57,293 nucleotides of DNA. It comes from Patescibacteria group bacterium (lineage in GTDB: Bacteria > Patescibacteriota > Kazan-3B-28 > UBA10110). Every line of letters begins with the position of its first letter. Within the stretch, counting starts at the first letter, position 1. Under the pieces are notes generated by a model. The model ran no database searches, had not been told where the DNA came from, and was given only the letters and a program-made list of their open reading frames with translations. Of the stretch, positions 45,731 to 54,456 are shown in pieces. The position numbers were made by a program, and so were the translations under genes. Location: positions 1-57,293 of the forward strand of contig JAZDKW010000002.1 in NCBI GenBank assembly GCA_043802665.1, written 5' to 3'.

Positions 45731-47023
45731 ATGACGAACACTAAAATTATTCAGATCCCCCGGGGGCTCAAGGACGTTTTGCCAGATGAGCAACGGTACT
45801 GGTTTTGGTTGGAGAATAATTTTCAGGATATTGTACATGCCGCAGGATTTGAACGGATTATTTTACCCGCTTTTGAGTCCACGGATCTGTTTAAACGTAG
45901 CGTGGGGGAGTTCACTGACATCGTGACTAAACAGATGTACACTTTTAAAGATTTAGGCGGTAATAGCGTGACTTTACGTCCAGAAGGAACGGCCGGAGCG
46001 GTCCGGGCTTACTTAGAACACGGAATGCGCACTTGGCCCCAACCGGTTAAATTATATTATTGGGGACCGATGTATCGATATGAACGGCCGCAGGCTGGAA
46101 GATGGCGGGAATTTTATCAATTTGGCTTGGAATTATTTGGTGATAACGAACCAATCGCCGATGCTTTATTAATCAGTACGGTCATGCGTTATTACCAAAA
46201 GATTGGTCTGAAGGATTTAGTGGTGAGAATTAACAGTTTAGGTACACCAAAATCCCGGGTCAAGATGGTAGCCGCTTTAGAAAAGGTCTTAAACAACCAC
46301 AAAAAAGATTTATGTGAAGATTGTAAGATTCGCCTCAAAAAAAATATTTTACGGGTGTTAGATTGCAAAGTAGCTAAATGCCAAACGATTGTGGCTGAAG
46401 TGGGTCATATCCTAATGGATAATCTAGATCCGGAATCTAAAAAAAGATTCACCAAAGTCTTGGAATGTTTAGATGAGATGAAAGTAGGGTACGAATTAGA
46501 TCCTAACTTAGTTCGGGGGCTGGATTATTACACGCATACTATTTTTGAAATAGTTATTCGGGGGCAGGATCAAGCGCTGGGTGGTGGTGGACGTTATGAT
46601 GGTTTGGTTAAACTGTTGGGTGGAGCGGACACTCCTGCTATCGGTTATGCTGGCGGAGTAGAACGTACCATAGATGCTCTCAAACAACAGGCGGTGACGG
46701 TGCCAGAAGTGGCTAAGACAGACGTCTTTATTATCCAGTTAGGAGAACGAGCGCACGCTAAGGTTATGGAAATAACGGCTGGTTTGGAGCAGGCGGGTCT
46801 CCGGATATCCAGTTTGATAGGCCGAGGTAATATCCAGGCTCAGCTTAAGATGGCTAGCCAATTACATAGTCCACTGACTCTGATTATTGGTGATCAGGAA
46901 TTACATGATAAAAATGTAATTTTGCGGGATATGCAGGATCGGGCTCAGGAAACGGTTTTGGATCGCAATATAATCAAAATGGTTTTGCAGAAATTGGAAG
47001 AAAAAAAAGCCATTAAACTCTAA
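45731..47023 (+). CDS. hisS: Histidyl-tRNA synthetase
   Basis: Class II motifs (LRPEGTA, YRYERPQAGRWREFYQ, GGGGRYD) and an anticodon-binding domain. Confidence 0.9.
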   Translation: MTNTKIIQIPRGLKDVLPDEQRYWFWLENNFQDIVHAAGFERIILPAFESTDLFKRSVGEFTDIVTKQMYTFKDLGGNSVTLRPEGTAGAVRAYLEHGMRTWPQPVKLYYWGPMYRYERPQAGRWREFYQFGLELFGDNEPIADALLISTVMRYYQKIGLKDLVVRINSLGTPKSRVKMVAALEKVLNNHKKDLCEDCKIRLKKNILRVLDCKVAKCQTIVAEVGHILMDNLDPESKKRFTKVLECLDEMKVGYELDPNLVRGLDYYTHTIFEIVIRGQDQALGGGGRYDGLVKLLGGADTPAIGYAGGVERTIDALKQQAVTVPEVAKTDVFIIQLGERAHAKVMEITAGLEQAGLRISSLIGRGNIQAQLKMASQLHSPLTLIIGDQELHDKNVILRDMQDRAQETVLDRNIIKMVLQKLEEKKAIKL

Positions 47024-47184
47024 TCCCAATTCTTATTTCTGTTATCCGACAATTCTTCCGTCATCCTGAACTTGTTTCAGGATCTTGTGCTGTCTTCCCG
47101 ACCTATTCTGTGTCATCCTGAGCGTAGTCGAAGGATCTGTTGCTTTCCTAAGCAACCCAATTTCCTGCTACTTTTCTATAAATT

Positions 47185-47625
47185 CTTTTGTTACCTTTCT
47201 AGAAAGGTAACACCAAAGTCCCAGCCCGTTCGTCGGGACTATGTAATGGATGAATTTCTGGGCGCTCTCGCTGAACTCGGCCGATAACACATCGGCCTCA
47301 AACATGCAGCTTCGCCCACAGAAATTCATCTCATTACATAACATCCCTCCTCCAAGGGCTGGAGCTAAAAACTAAAAGATTCGAGCTCCAATGCCCGGTT
47401 TTAGGGAACAGAAAAGACGCTCAGACTCCACTGGCGGGTTAGGGGAATAAACGCTCGGGCTCCAAGGGCTGGAGCTAAAAACTAAAAGACTCGAGCTCCA
47501 ATGCTCGGTGTAGGGGAAGGGAACAAAATCGCTCAAACTCCAATGGCGGGGGTTAAAGGACAGAGAAATGCTCAGGCTTCGATGGTTAGAGTAAAATCAA
47601 TTATTTTTTGCTGGTATGATGTATT
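47185..47625 (+). repeat. Copy C of the composite intergenic module
   Basis: Hairpin GTTACCTTTCTAGAAAGGTAAC (47190-47211). Long-range stem 47240-47264 / 47313-47340. Seven CTCCAATG-type units (47350-47590) with a 110-bp higher-order repeat. Extended -10 TGGTATGAT (47612-47620). Confidence 0.7.
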
Positions 47626-47649
47626 AAGAAAGGTTAACGTGCTAATAAA

Positions 47650-47976
47650 ATGGATCAGGAGAGATGGGGAGAGATTTTAGACCGCGTCCAGGCCCAATTT
47701 TCGGTAACAGAACACACCAAGGAGCCGGATGCTGAAGGAAATGGCCAAGTGGAAACGCTGGTCTTTGCTGGTCCAATAGGGAAGATCAAGTTAGTATGGT
47801 CCACCCGGCCAATGGTCTTAGATAAGAAAATCGTGGGGGCACATCGGAGAGGGGCGAGCAAGGCGCAATACGAATACACATATTCCGATACCGAGAAAAC
47901 TCATCGACTGGAAGCTTATCGCGAAGTTGACGGAGAATGGCAGGAATTAGATCCCAGCCAAATAGCCGATGTTTAA
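47650..47976 (+). CDS. Hypothetical protein (108 aa)
   Basis: The ORF has plausible composition and overlaps the next gene start. No obvious SD. Confidence 0.55.
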   Translation: MDQERWGEILDRVQAQFSVTEHTKEPDAEGNGQVETLVFAGPIGKIKLVWSTRPMVLDKKIVGAHRRGASKAQYEYTYSDTEKTHRLEAYREVDGEWQELDPSQIADV

Positions 47977-48613
47977 GAATCGGGAAGAAGCGGCACAACG
48001 ACTAACCGAATTATTAGAAAGCTCTTTTAGGAACCAGCCAGATACTCTTGTGTTGGCGATCCCTCGCGGAGGTGTGGCTGTGGGCGCAATAGTAGCCCAA
48101 AAGTTAGGCCTTCCTTGGGGAGTTTTAGTAGTGCGTAAGTTAGGTTATCCTGGCAACCCCGAGTTCGCAGTAGGCGCGGTAGATGCTGACGGTGATTATG
48201 TTTTGGGCACAGAGTTTGTCCAAAGTAGTCTATCGAAGACGCCGGAATTTAAAAAGATTCTCGAACAAGAATTAAAAGAAGTCCGCCGGCGGACGCGGCT
48301 ATTTAATCCTCGGCCATTGGAGCTGGCTGATCGTAATGTAATCTTAGTTGATGATGGGATAGCAACCGGTCAGACCAATTTGGTAGCGATAAGGTATCTT
48401 CAGCGGCATGGGGCTAAAAAAGTGGTAGTGGCGGCACCAGTGGCTTCATCTGACGCTGTAGAGTTATTAAAGTCTGCGGATGCCCAAGTGGTTGTTTTGG
48501 AAACTCCGGTTGATTTTATGGCAGTGGGGCAATTTTATGAGCATTTCCCTCAACTTACGGATCAGGAAGTGCTTGGTATAATTGACGATGGTTTCCTTAC
48601 ATCGTCATCCTGA
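47969..48613 (+). CDS. Phosphoribosyltransferase-family protein
   Basis: PRPP-binding loop VILVDDGIATGQT. Confidence 0.75.
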   Translation: MFKNREEAAQRLTELLESSFRNQPDTLVLAIPRGGVAVGAIVAQKLGLPWGVLVVRKLGYPGNPEFAVGAVDADGDYVLGTEFVQSSLSKTPEFKKILEQELKEVRRRTRLFNPRPLELADRNVILVDDGIATGQTNLVAIRYLQRHGAKKVVVAAPVASSDAVELLKSADAQVVVLETPVDFMAVGQFYEHFPQLTDQEVLGIIDDGFLTSSS

Positions 48614-48666
48614 GCTTGGAACGTCAGACGTTCCTTGTCGAAGGATCTCATATAGTATAATTCTTA

Positions 48667-49065
48667 ATGATGACAGATTTAATTACCAATCAGGATTGTG
48701 TGTTTTGCAAAATTATTCGGCATGAGATTCCGGCAAACGTGCGGTTTGAAGACGACGAGATAATTGCTTTTGACGATATTAATCCCTCGGCTCCTATCCA
48801 CGTCTTAGTTATCCCGAAAGTCCATATCCCCAGTTTGACCGCGGTGGGGGAAGGCGACCAAATGCTCTTGGGTAAACTGGTGTACCGAGCCAAATTATTG
48901 GCAGACCAGCTTAATATCGCTGAACCAGGGTATCGGGTATCTATTAATGTAGGCAAATGGGGTGGTCAGATCGTTCCTCATTTGCACTTGCATATATTGG
49001 GCGGGGTTCCTTTGAGCGAAATTTTCACTGAAGCCGAAGCGACATCTCAGATGGTCACAAAATAG
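48667..49065 (+). CDS. HIT-family (histidine triad) protein
   Basis: CVFCKI...HLHLHILGG. Confidence 0.9.
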   Translation: MMTDLITNQDCVFCKIIRHEIPANVRFEDDEIIAFDDINPSAPIHVLVIPKVHIPSLTAVGEGDQMLLGKLVYRAKLLADQLNIAEPGYRVSINVGKWGGQIVPHLHLHILGGVPLSEIFTEAEATSQMVTK

Positions 49066-49126
49066 CCCTGTTGCCAACCAGAATAGTGGGGTTGACTACA
49101 CCTGAAGAACAGGTTATTATTTGTTT

Positions 49127-49330
49127 ATGTCAAGTTACGTAAAACGTAAAGAAAAAGAGAGCTTCGAGGCGATGATGCGCCGGTTCAACCGCATGGTGTT
49201 GATGAGTAAGTCACTCACCGAAGCAAAAGAGCGCCGGTTTTTTGCGAAACCAGTTGCCAAAAATCAACGCCGGGCTAGTGCAGTGCGTAAAGAAAGAATC
49301 CGCACTCAAAAAAAGAAAGAGCTGTATTAA
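49127..49330 (+). CDS. rpsU: 30S ribosomal protein S21
   Basis: SFEAMMRRFNR...EAKERRFFAKP...RKERIR. Confidence 0.85.
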   Translation: MSSYVKRKEKESFEAMMRRFNRMVLMSKSLTEAKERRFFAKPVAKNQRRASAVRKERIRTQKKKELY

Positions 49331-49343
49331 ATTAATTCAAAGA

Positions 49344-49778
49344 ATGGATATTAAAGTTCAAGTTCAATCCGAATTAACCGCCGCTCTCAAAAATAGAGAG
49401 GATCTTAAACTCCAAACTCTACGCTTGCTATCCAACGCTATTCATAACGAAGAGATCGCTCAGGGTAAAGCTTTGGACGAAGCCGAGATTTACACTGTGA
49501 TCAAGCGCGAAGTTAAAAAGCGTAAAGAAGCCGTTGAAAGTTTCCAAACCGGCGGTCGGCCGGAGCAAGCGGCGAAAGAAGAGGCTGAATCAAAGATTTT
49601 AGAGGCTTATCTGCCTGCCGCGATGAGTGAAGAGGAGATTCTAAAGGTGGTAGAAGCGGAGATCGCGGCTAACCCAGGTGTTAAAACGGGCCAAATTATT
49701 GGGGCAGTGATGAAAAAGATCGGCAACCAGGCTGATGGTACTGTCGTGGCCAAGTTAATCAATGCTAAACTAAGTTAA
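49344..49778 (+). CDS. yqeY: GatB/YqeY-domain protein
   Basis: ELTAALKNREDLKLQTLRLL...VIKREVKKRKEAVESF...IIGAVMKK. ATG 49344. Confidence 0.8.
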   Translation: MDIKVQVQSELTAALKNREDLKLQTLRLLSNAIHNEEIAQGKALDEAEIYTVIKREVKKRKEAVESFQTGGRPEQAAKEEAESKILEAYLPAAMSEEEILKVVEAEIAANPGVKTGQIIGAVMKKIGNQADGTVVAKLINAKLS

Positions 49779-49788
49779 TTAGTTGTGG

Positions 49789-50244
49789 ATGTCTCGGGTA
49801 TTTATTGGTTATGGTAATTATGGCATTGACGGAGTGGACGAGGAGTTCATTCGTTTTATTTTTGATATAACCTTAGGTTCAACTCAGAAAACATTAGACA
49901 GTGAGGCAGGCGTTATTATTGCAGACGAAGAGCAGATAGCCAAACTTAATCATCGCTATCGCGGAAAAGATCAATCTACCAATGTGCTGTCCTTTACTAA
50001 TACCGAAATGAAAGGGAGTTACCCCACCGAGTCAGATGACAATTATTTGGGCGATGTTTATATCTGCCATCCAATATTACAGCGAGAAGCCGAAGAACTA
50101 AAAGTGTCAGAAAAAGAAAGGTTTGCCCAGTTGTTTGTGCACGGGTTGTTGCATCTTTTAGGATTTGATCACGAGGATACCGTTGCCGCGAAAGCGAAAG
50201 AGATGGAGGTTTTGGAAGACAGGATTGTTCAGTTGGTAATGTAG
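49789..50244 (+). CDS. ybeY: rRNA maturation RNase YbeY
   Basis: HGLLHLLGFDH zinc motif. Confidence 0.85.
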   Translation: MSRVFIGYGNYGIDGVDEEFIRFIFDITLGSTQKTLDSEAGVIIADEEQIAKLNHRYRGKDQSTNVLSFTNTEMKGSYPTESDDNYLGDVYICHPILQREAEELKVSEKERFAQLFVHGLLHLLGFDHEDTVAAKAKEMEVLEDRIVQLVM

Positions 50245-50351
50245 GGACGAACGCTGAAGGAATAACCAATTGGCGGGGAACGATATCTCGCTTATAATGG
50301 GTGGAGAACATTAGGAGAACGTCAAACGTTCTAAGGAATTAAATAGCTTGC

Positions 50352-51566
50352 ATGAGGGAAAAAGTTACCATTGGCATCGATGTTGGCAGTTCGGAAGTTG
50401 TCGCTATCGTCGGCCAACGCGGGGAAGACGAAATGCACCCCAATATTATTGGGGTTGGTGTGCAAGAAAACAGTGGTTTGCGCAAAGGGGTGGTGACTGA
50501 TGTTGAAGAAACGGTAGCGGCAATTACTGGAGCGCTGGATAAAGCCGAACGGATGGCGGGCGTTCCCATCGAAGGAGCGTTCATCAGTATTAATGGCGAA
50601 CATATCCAATCTGCTAATACGCGGGGGTTAATTTCAGTTGCTCATAGTGAAGTTGGGAGTGATGATATTATGCGAGTGATTGAGAGTGCCCAAACCGTAG
50701 CTTTACCAGCGAACCGAGAGATTATCCATGTCATCCCGCGGACCTTTATTGTGGATGGCCAAGATGGCATCAGGGACCCCATTGGGATGTCCGGGACACG
50801 GTTAGAAGTGGATGCGCACGTAATTACCGGCTCCTCCCCTTTTATCCGAAATTTGCAAAAGACCGTTGAACAGGCCGGAGTGAGTATTGCTAATTTTGTT
50901 TTGTCACCGCTGGCGGCCAGTAAAGCGGTGCTATCTAAGAAACAGAAGGAGTTGGGGGTAGTAGTGGTGGATATCGGGGCAGGGACCACTGGTTTAGTAG
51001 TCTTTGACGAGGGTGATGTGTGTCATTCCGCGGTTCTGCCGATCGGTTCGGGCCACCTTACTTCCGATATCGCAATTGGCCTTCGCACTTCTTTAGATGT
51101 GGCGGAAAAGGTAAAAATTGAATACGGCATGGCCAGCTCTCTAATGTTGTCCGACAAGGACACAGTGGATCTCTCGCGTTTTGATAAGTCGGAAGACCAA
51201 GTAATCTCCCGTCGCTACATCGCAGAAATTATTGAAGCGCGATTGATGGAGATTTTTATGATGATTAAAACCGAACTCAGAAAAGTTGGGAAAGACGGAA
51301 TGCTACCAGCGGGTGCAGTGTTGGTGGGCGGGGGAGCTAAACTCCCTGGCATTATTGATTTTGCGAAAGATCATTTAGGATTGCCTGCACAAATTGGTTT
51401 TCCAATCGAACTGCGGGGAGTAGTGGATCGATTGGATGATCCTCGATTTGTTACGGCCATCGGTTTAGTATTGTGGGGATTAGACGAAAATAATAACCTG
51501 TCCTCTTTTTCTCGTGAACCAAATTTTGGCGGAGTTTTTGCTCGTTTGAAGAACTGGTTTAAATAG
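50352..51566 (+). CDS. ftsA: Cell division protein FtsA
   Basis: Actin-fold motifs (GIDVGSS, VVDIGAGTT, VLVGGGAKL). Confidence 0.9.
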   Translation: MREKVTIGIDVGSSEVVAIVGQRGEDEMHPNIIGVGVQENSGLRKGVVTDVEETVAAITGALDKAERMAGVPIEGAFISINGEHIQSANTRGLISVAHSEVGSDDIMRVIESAQTVALPANREIIHVIPRTFIVDGQDGIRDPIGMSGTRLEVDAHVITGSSPFIRNLQKTVEQAGVSIANFVLSPLAASKAVLSKKQKELGVVVVDIGAGTTGLVVFDEGDVCHSAVLPIGSGHLTSDIAIGLRTSLDVAEKVKIEYGMASSLMLSDKDTVDLSRFDKSEDQVISRRYIAEIIEARLMEIFMMIKTELRKVGKDGMLPAGAVLVGGGAKLPGIIDFAKDHLGLPAQIGFPIELRGVVDRLDDPRFVTAIGLVLWGLDENNNLSSFSREPNFGGVFARLKNWFK

Positions 51567-51770
51567 GGTTATCCACATTTTGGGGGCAATTCGTGGTGTG
51601 GATTAAATATGGCTTTTTCAGCTCCGAAGGCCTGTTTATTTACAATATTTTAATATCTTTGACTTCTGTTTATCTACTAAGATATAATGAAGTGTCGTTG
51701 GGTGGATAACGTGGGGATTATTTGTGGATTACTTAACTGAAATCAAATAATGCTTAGGAGGAATAATTAT

Positions 51771-52871
51771 ATGAGCTCGCGGAAAACGGTCGCCGATTTT
51801 ACGGGTGAAGGGGTATTTGCTCGTATCAAAGTCGTAGGGATAGGCGGGGGAGGTTCGCATGCAATCAATCGCATGATTGATGCCAATATTAGAGGCGTAG
51901 AATTTGTAGCAGTGAATACTGATGCTCAGGATTTGCACTATTGCGGTGCCCCCACTAAAATCCACATTGGTCAAACTACTACGCGCGGACTCGGCGCTGG
52001 AGCCGATCCGGAAAAAGGCAAGAAGTCCGCGGAAGAAAATAAAGAAGATATTTACGCCGCACTCAAAGACGCCGATATGGTTTTTGTAACTTACGGCGCA
52101 GGCGGTGGCACGGGCACTGGTGCCGGTCCGGTTATTGCAGAGATCGCTCGCGAGCTGGGCGCTTTAACGGTTGCGGTAGTAACCAAGCCTTTCTCGTTTG
52201 AGGGTTTGCGCCGCCGGAAGATCGCCGAAGAAGGGGTAGAAGAGCTCCGTTCCCGCGTGGATACTTTAATTGTTATTCCTAATGATAGATTATTACAGGT
52301 TATCGATAAAAAAACTTCTCTTTATGATGCTTTCTCGGTGGTGGACGATGTTTTGCGGCAAGGTGTTCAGGGTATCTCCGATTTAATCACTCAGCACGGG
52401 ATGATTAACGTGGACTTTGCCGATGTAAAAGCGATTATGTCCAATTCTGGTTCAGCGTTGATGGGTATCGGCCGAGGAACAGGGGACAGCAGGACCTTAG
52501 AGGCGGCTAAACAGGCCATTGACAGCCCTTTGCTGGAACTGTCCATTGATGGTGCCAAAGGCATCTTATTCAACGTTACAGGCGGTCCAGACTTGGGAAT
52601 GTATGAAATTGATGAAGCGGCCCGAATTATTACCGAGGCGGCCGATCCCGATGCCAATATTATCTTTGGTGCGGTGATTGATGAAGCGATGCAGGGCGAA
52701 GTTAAGATCACTGTGGTTGCCACTGGTTTTGAAGATGATATGTACAGCGTTGGCCCGGGACGGAAGCGGATGGAAGCGATGCATGCTGGGATGCCGGCCA
52801 AAGAGGAAACAGTGGAAGAAGATAGGGATGAAATTGATGTCCCTGCGTTTATCCGCAAAAAAATTAAATAG
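51771..52871 (+). CDS. ftsZ: Cell division protein FtsZ
   Basis: [10 protein letters not shown] tubulin signature. ATG 51771 lies 9 nt after AGGAGG. Confidence 0.95.
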   Translation: MSSRKTVADFTGEGVFARIKVVGIGGGGSHAINRMIDANIRGVEFVAVNTDAQDLHYCGAPTKIHIGQTTTRGLGAGADPEKGKKSAEENKEDIYAALKDADMVFVTYGAGGGTGTGAGPVIAEIARELGALTVAVVTKPFSFEGLRRRKIAEEGVEELRSRVDTLIVIPNDRLLQVIDKKTSLYDAFSVVDDVLRQGVQGISDLITQHGMINVDFADVKAIMSNSGSALMGIGRGTGDSRTLEAAKQAIDSPLLELSIDGAKGILFNVTGGPDLGMYEIDEAARIITEAADPDANIIFGAVIDEAMQGEVKITVVATGFEDDMYSVGPGRKRMEAMHAGMPAKEETVEEDRDEIDVPAFIRKKIK

Positions 52872-52904
52872 ATTTTTGATACTCTTGCAGAGTAACCAGA
52901 ATTG

Positions 52905-53295
52905 TTTTTGCCACTTTTCTAGAAAAGTGGCGTAAAAGTCCCAGCCCGTCGTCCTCGCTATTCGCCTAATAAAATTGCCTTACTGCTTTCGCCAAACTCG
53001 CTAATGCTCGGACAGTTGGCTTCGCAACAGCAATTTTATTGGCTCATCACGCTCGGACTCCAAGGGCTGGCAGAAAAACCAAGACGCCTCTCCTCCAATG
53101 GCCGGCTGAAAAAGAAACGCTCGAACTCCAATGCCCGGGTGAGGGGGAAAAACCCCAACGGCGAAGGACAAACCCGAAAAAAGAACCAAGAATGAACGGC
53201 TCAGGGGGTTGCCTGCCCGGCCAGGGAGCCGTTGAAAATTAGCTCTGGTTGGACAAAAATAACCTTGGATGGGAGCGAGTTTTGTAGTATATTGA
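52905..53295 (+). repeat. Copy D of the composite intergenic module
   Basis: Hairpin GCCACTTTTCTAGAAAAGTGGC (52910-52931). Inverted arms GCCTAATAAAATTGC / GCAATTTTATTGGC. Three CTCCAATG-type units (53058, 53093, 53126). CAGGGAGCCGTTGAAAAT block, then the promoter. Confidence 0.7.
53265..53293 (+). promoter_or_regulatory. sigma70-like promoter (TTGGAT-17 nt-TATATT), homologous to 293-321
   Basis: TTGGATGGGAGCGAGTTTTGTAGTATATT. Confidence 0.55.
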
Positions 53296-53353
53296 TATTA
53301 TCAAGGAATCACTTTGAAATCTCAAAAAATTTTCATGAAAGAGGTGCACAGCT

Positions 53354-53962
53354 ATGATTGTTGCAGGTTCTATTATGAACTCGGGGGTATGGATCAAACG
53401 CGAGACAGCGGCCATGGAGAAGCTTGGCATCATCGGACAGGAAACGGCAATCGCCAAGGCCGCTAATCTACCCAATGGTGTGAACCACTGCTTTATCCCG
53501 TCCGGTCTCGACCGCAAGAGGCTGATCAAACTCGCAGGTGAGAGTGGTGTTAAAGTTAAATTCAGTTCGTCGCCAAACCGCGATGGCGAGGGAATCTTGA
53601 CCGAAGCCGGCATACTTGAGTGCGACCTTTCGGCCATCATGACCCTTAGGGGCCCTGATCGCTGGCCGTTTAATTTGAATGCCGACGAGCACCTGCTTTG
53701 GGCTAAAGATCAGGGTGGAGATGGCTTGACTTCAGCCGAGGAAGCCATCTATCTCCTCATCAGGGCCTACATGGCATTCGGGAAAATCCCCTTTATGGAT
53801 AAATGGATCCGATGCCGGAACTACTGCGGTTCTGGTTCTGGCTCTCAGTTGCTGGTCGGGTTCTGGGCTGGTTCTGGTCTGCGCGTTCGCTACGGCCAAG
53901 GTGACCACCATTCTTCGGACTATGGTGCCGTTGCTCGGAAGTTTACGCCCCTTGTTGTTTGA
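53354..53962 (+). CDS. Paralogue of the DGR target protein with VR-like C-terminus
   Basis: 202 aa, alignable to 398-1168 over the C-terminal 160 aa. The C-terminal WIRCRNYCGSGSGSQLLVGFWAGSGLRVRYGQGDHHSSDYGAVARKF corresponds to the VR/TR segment. SD AGAGG precedes the ATG. Confidence 0.8.
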   Translation: MIVAGSIMNSGVWIKRETAAMEKLGIIGQETAIAKAANLPNGVNHCFIPSGLDRKRLIKLAGESGVKVKFSSSPNRDGEGILTEAGILECDLSAIMTLRGPDRWPFNLNADEHLLWAKDQGGDGLTSAEEAIYLLIRAYMAFGKIPFMDKWIRCRNYCGSGSGSQLLVGFWAGSGLRVRYGQGDHHSSDYGAVARKFTPLVV

Positions 53963-54002
53963 TTTTTATTCCTTTTGATTGTTTGTTCTCGAACTCATAC
54001 AC

Positions 54003-54027
54003 CCCGATATTACATCGGGGTTTTTTC
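54003..54027 (+). terminator. Intrinsic terminator
   Basis: CCCCGAT-ATTAC-ATCGGGG followed by TTTTTT. Confidence 0.8.
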
Positions 54028-54456
54028 ATATGTAAGAGTTGTCATCCTCTGGCTTGACCAGAGGATCCAGACAAAAACAAAAAAAGAAATGTTTTTATCT
54101 CTCTGGATTCCCGAATCCATCCTGCGTCTAATCTCTTCCCAAAATAGGATATTTATCCTCTTTGGGAAATAGATAAGACTACGGAGGACTATCGTAGCTC
54201 CGATTATCATTAGGTAATTTGGGTCGGGAATGACAGGAAAGGAAAAACTTTCCGCCGGAAGGGAATGCAGCCAGGCCGAGATGACAATCGGAGAAAAACT
54301 TTTTGGGCTGGGGGCGATTTTTTATAGACCTTCTTGGCAACTGGGGACGGTGTGATACGTTTAGTTTGCACTGACTAAAGTGCTTCAGGGGGTGGAGTCG
54401 TTTTGTAGTCAGCGAACAAAATTATCGGAAGTCTTTAATACACTTTAGGAGGTGGT

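Noticed and set aside
47350-47590. CTCCAATG-type arrays as a CRISPR array
   Set aside because: The units are degenerate, spacing varies from 33 to 42 bp, and the would-be spacers are only about 15-25 nt and partly conserved between units. No cas genes are present in the window.
54200-54456. Cobalamin riboswitch or NrdR box upstream of the class II RNR
   Set aside because: GGGAATGACAGG and AGCCAGG superficially resemble B12-element pieces, but the first is a family 1 REP-like motif in reverse orientation. I could not find a B12 box, the conserved core, or a palindromic NrdR box. A cmscan would settle it.
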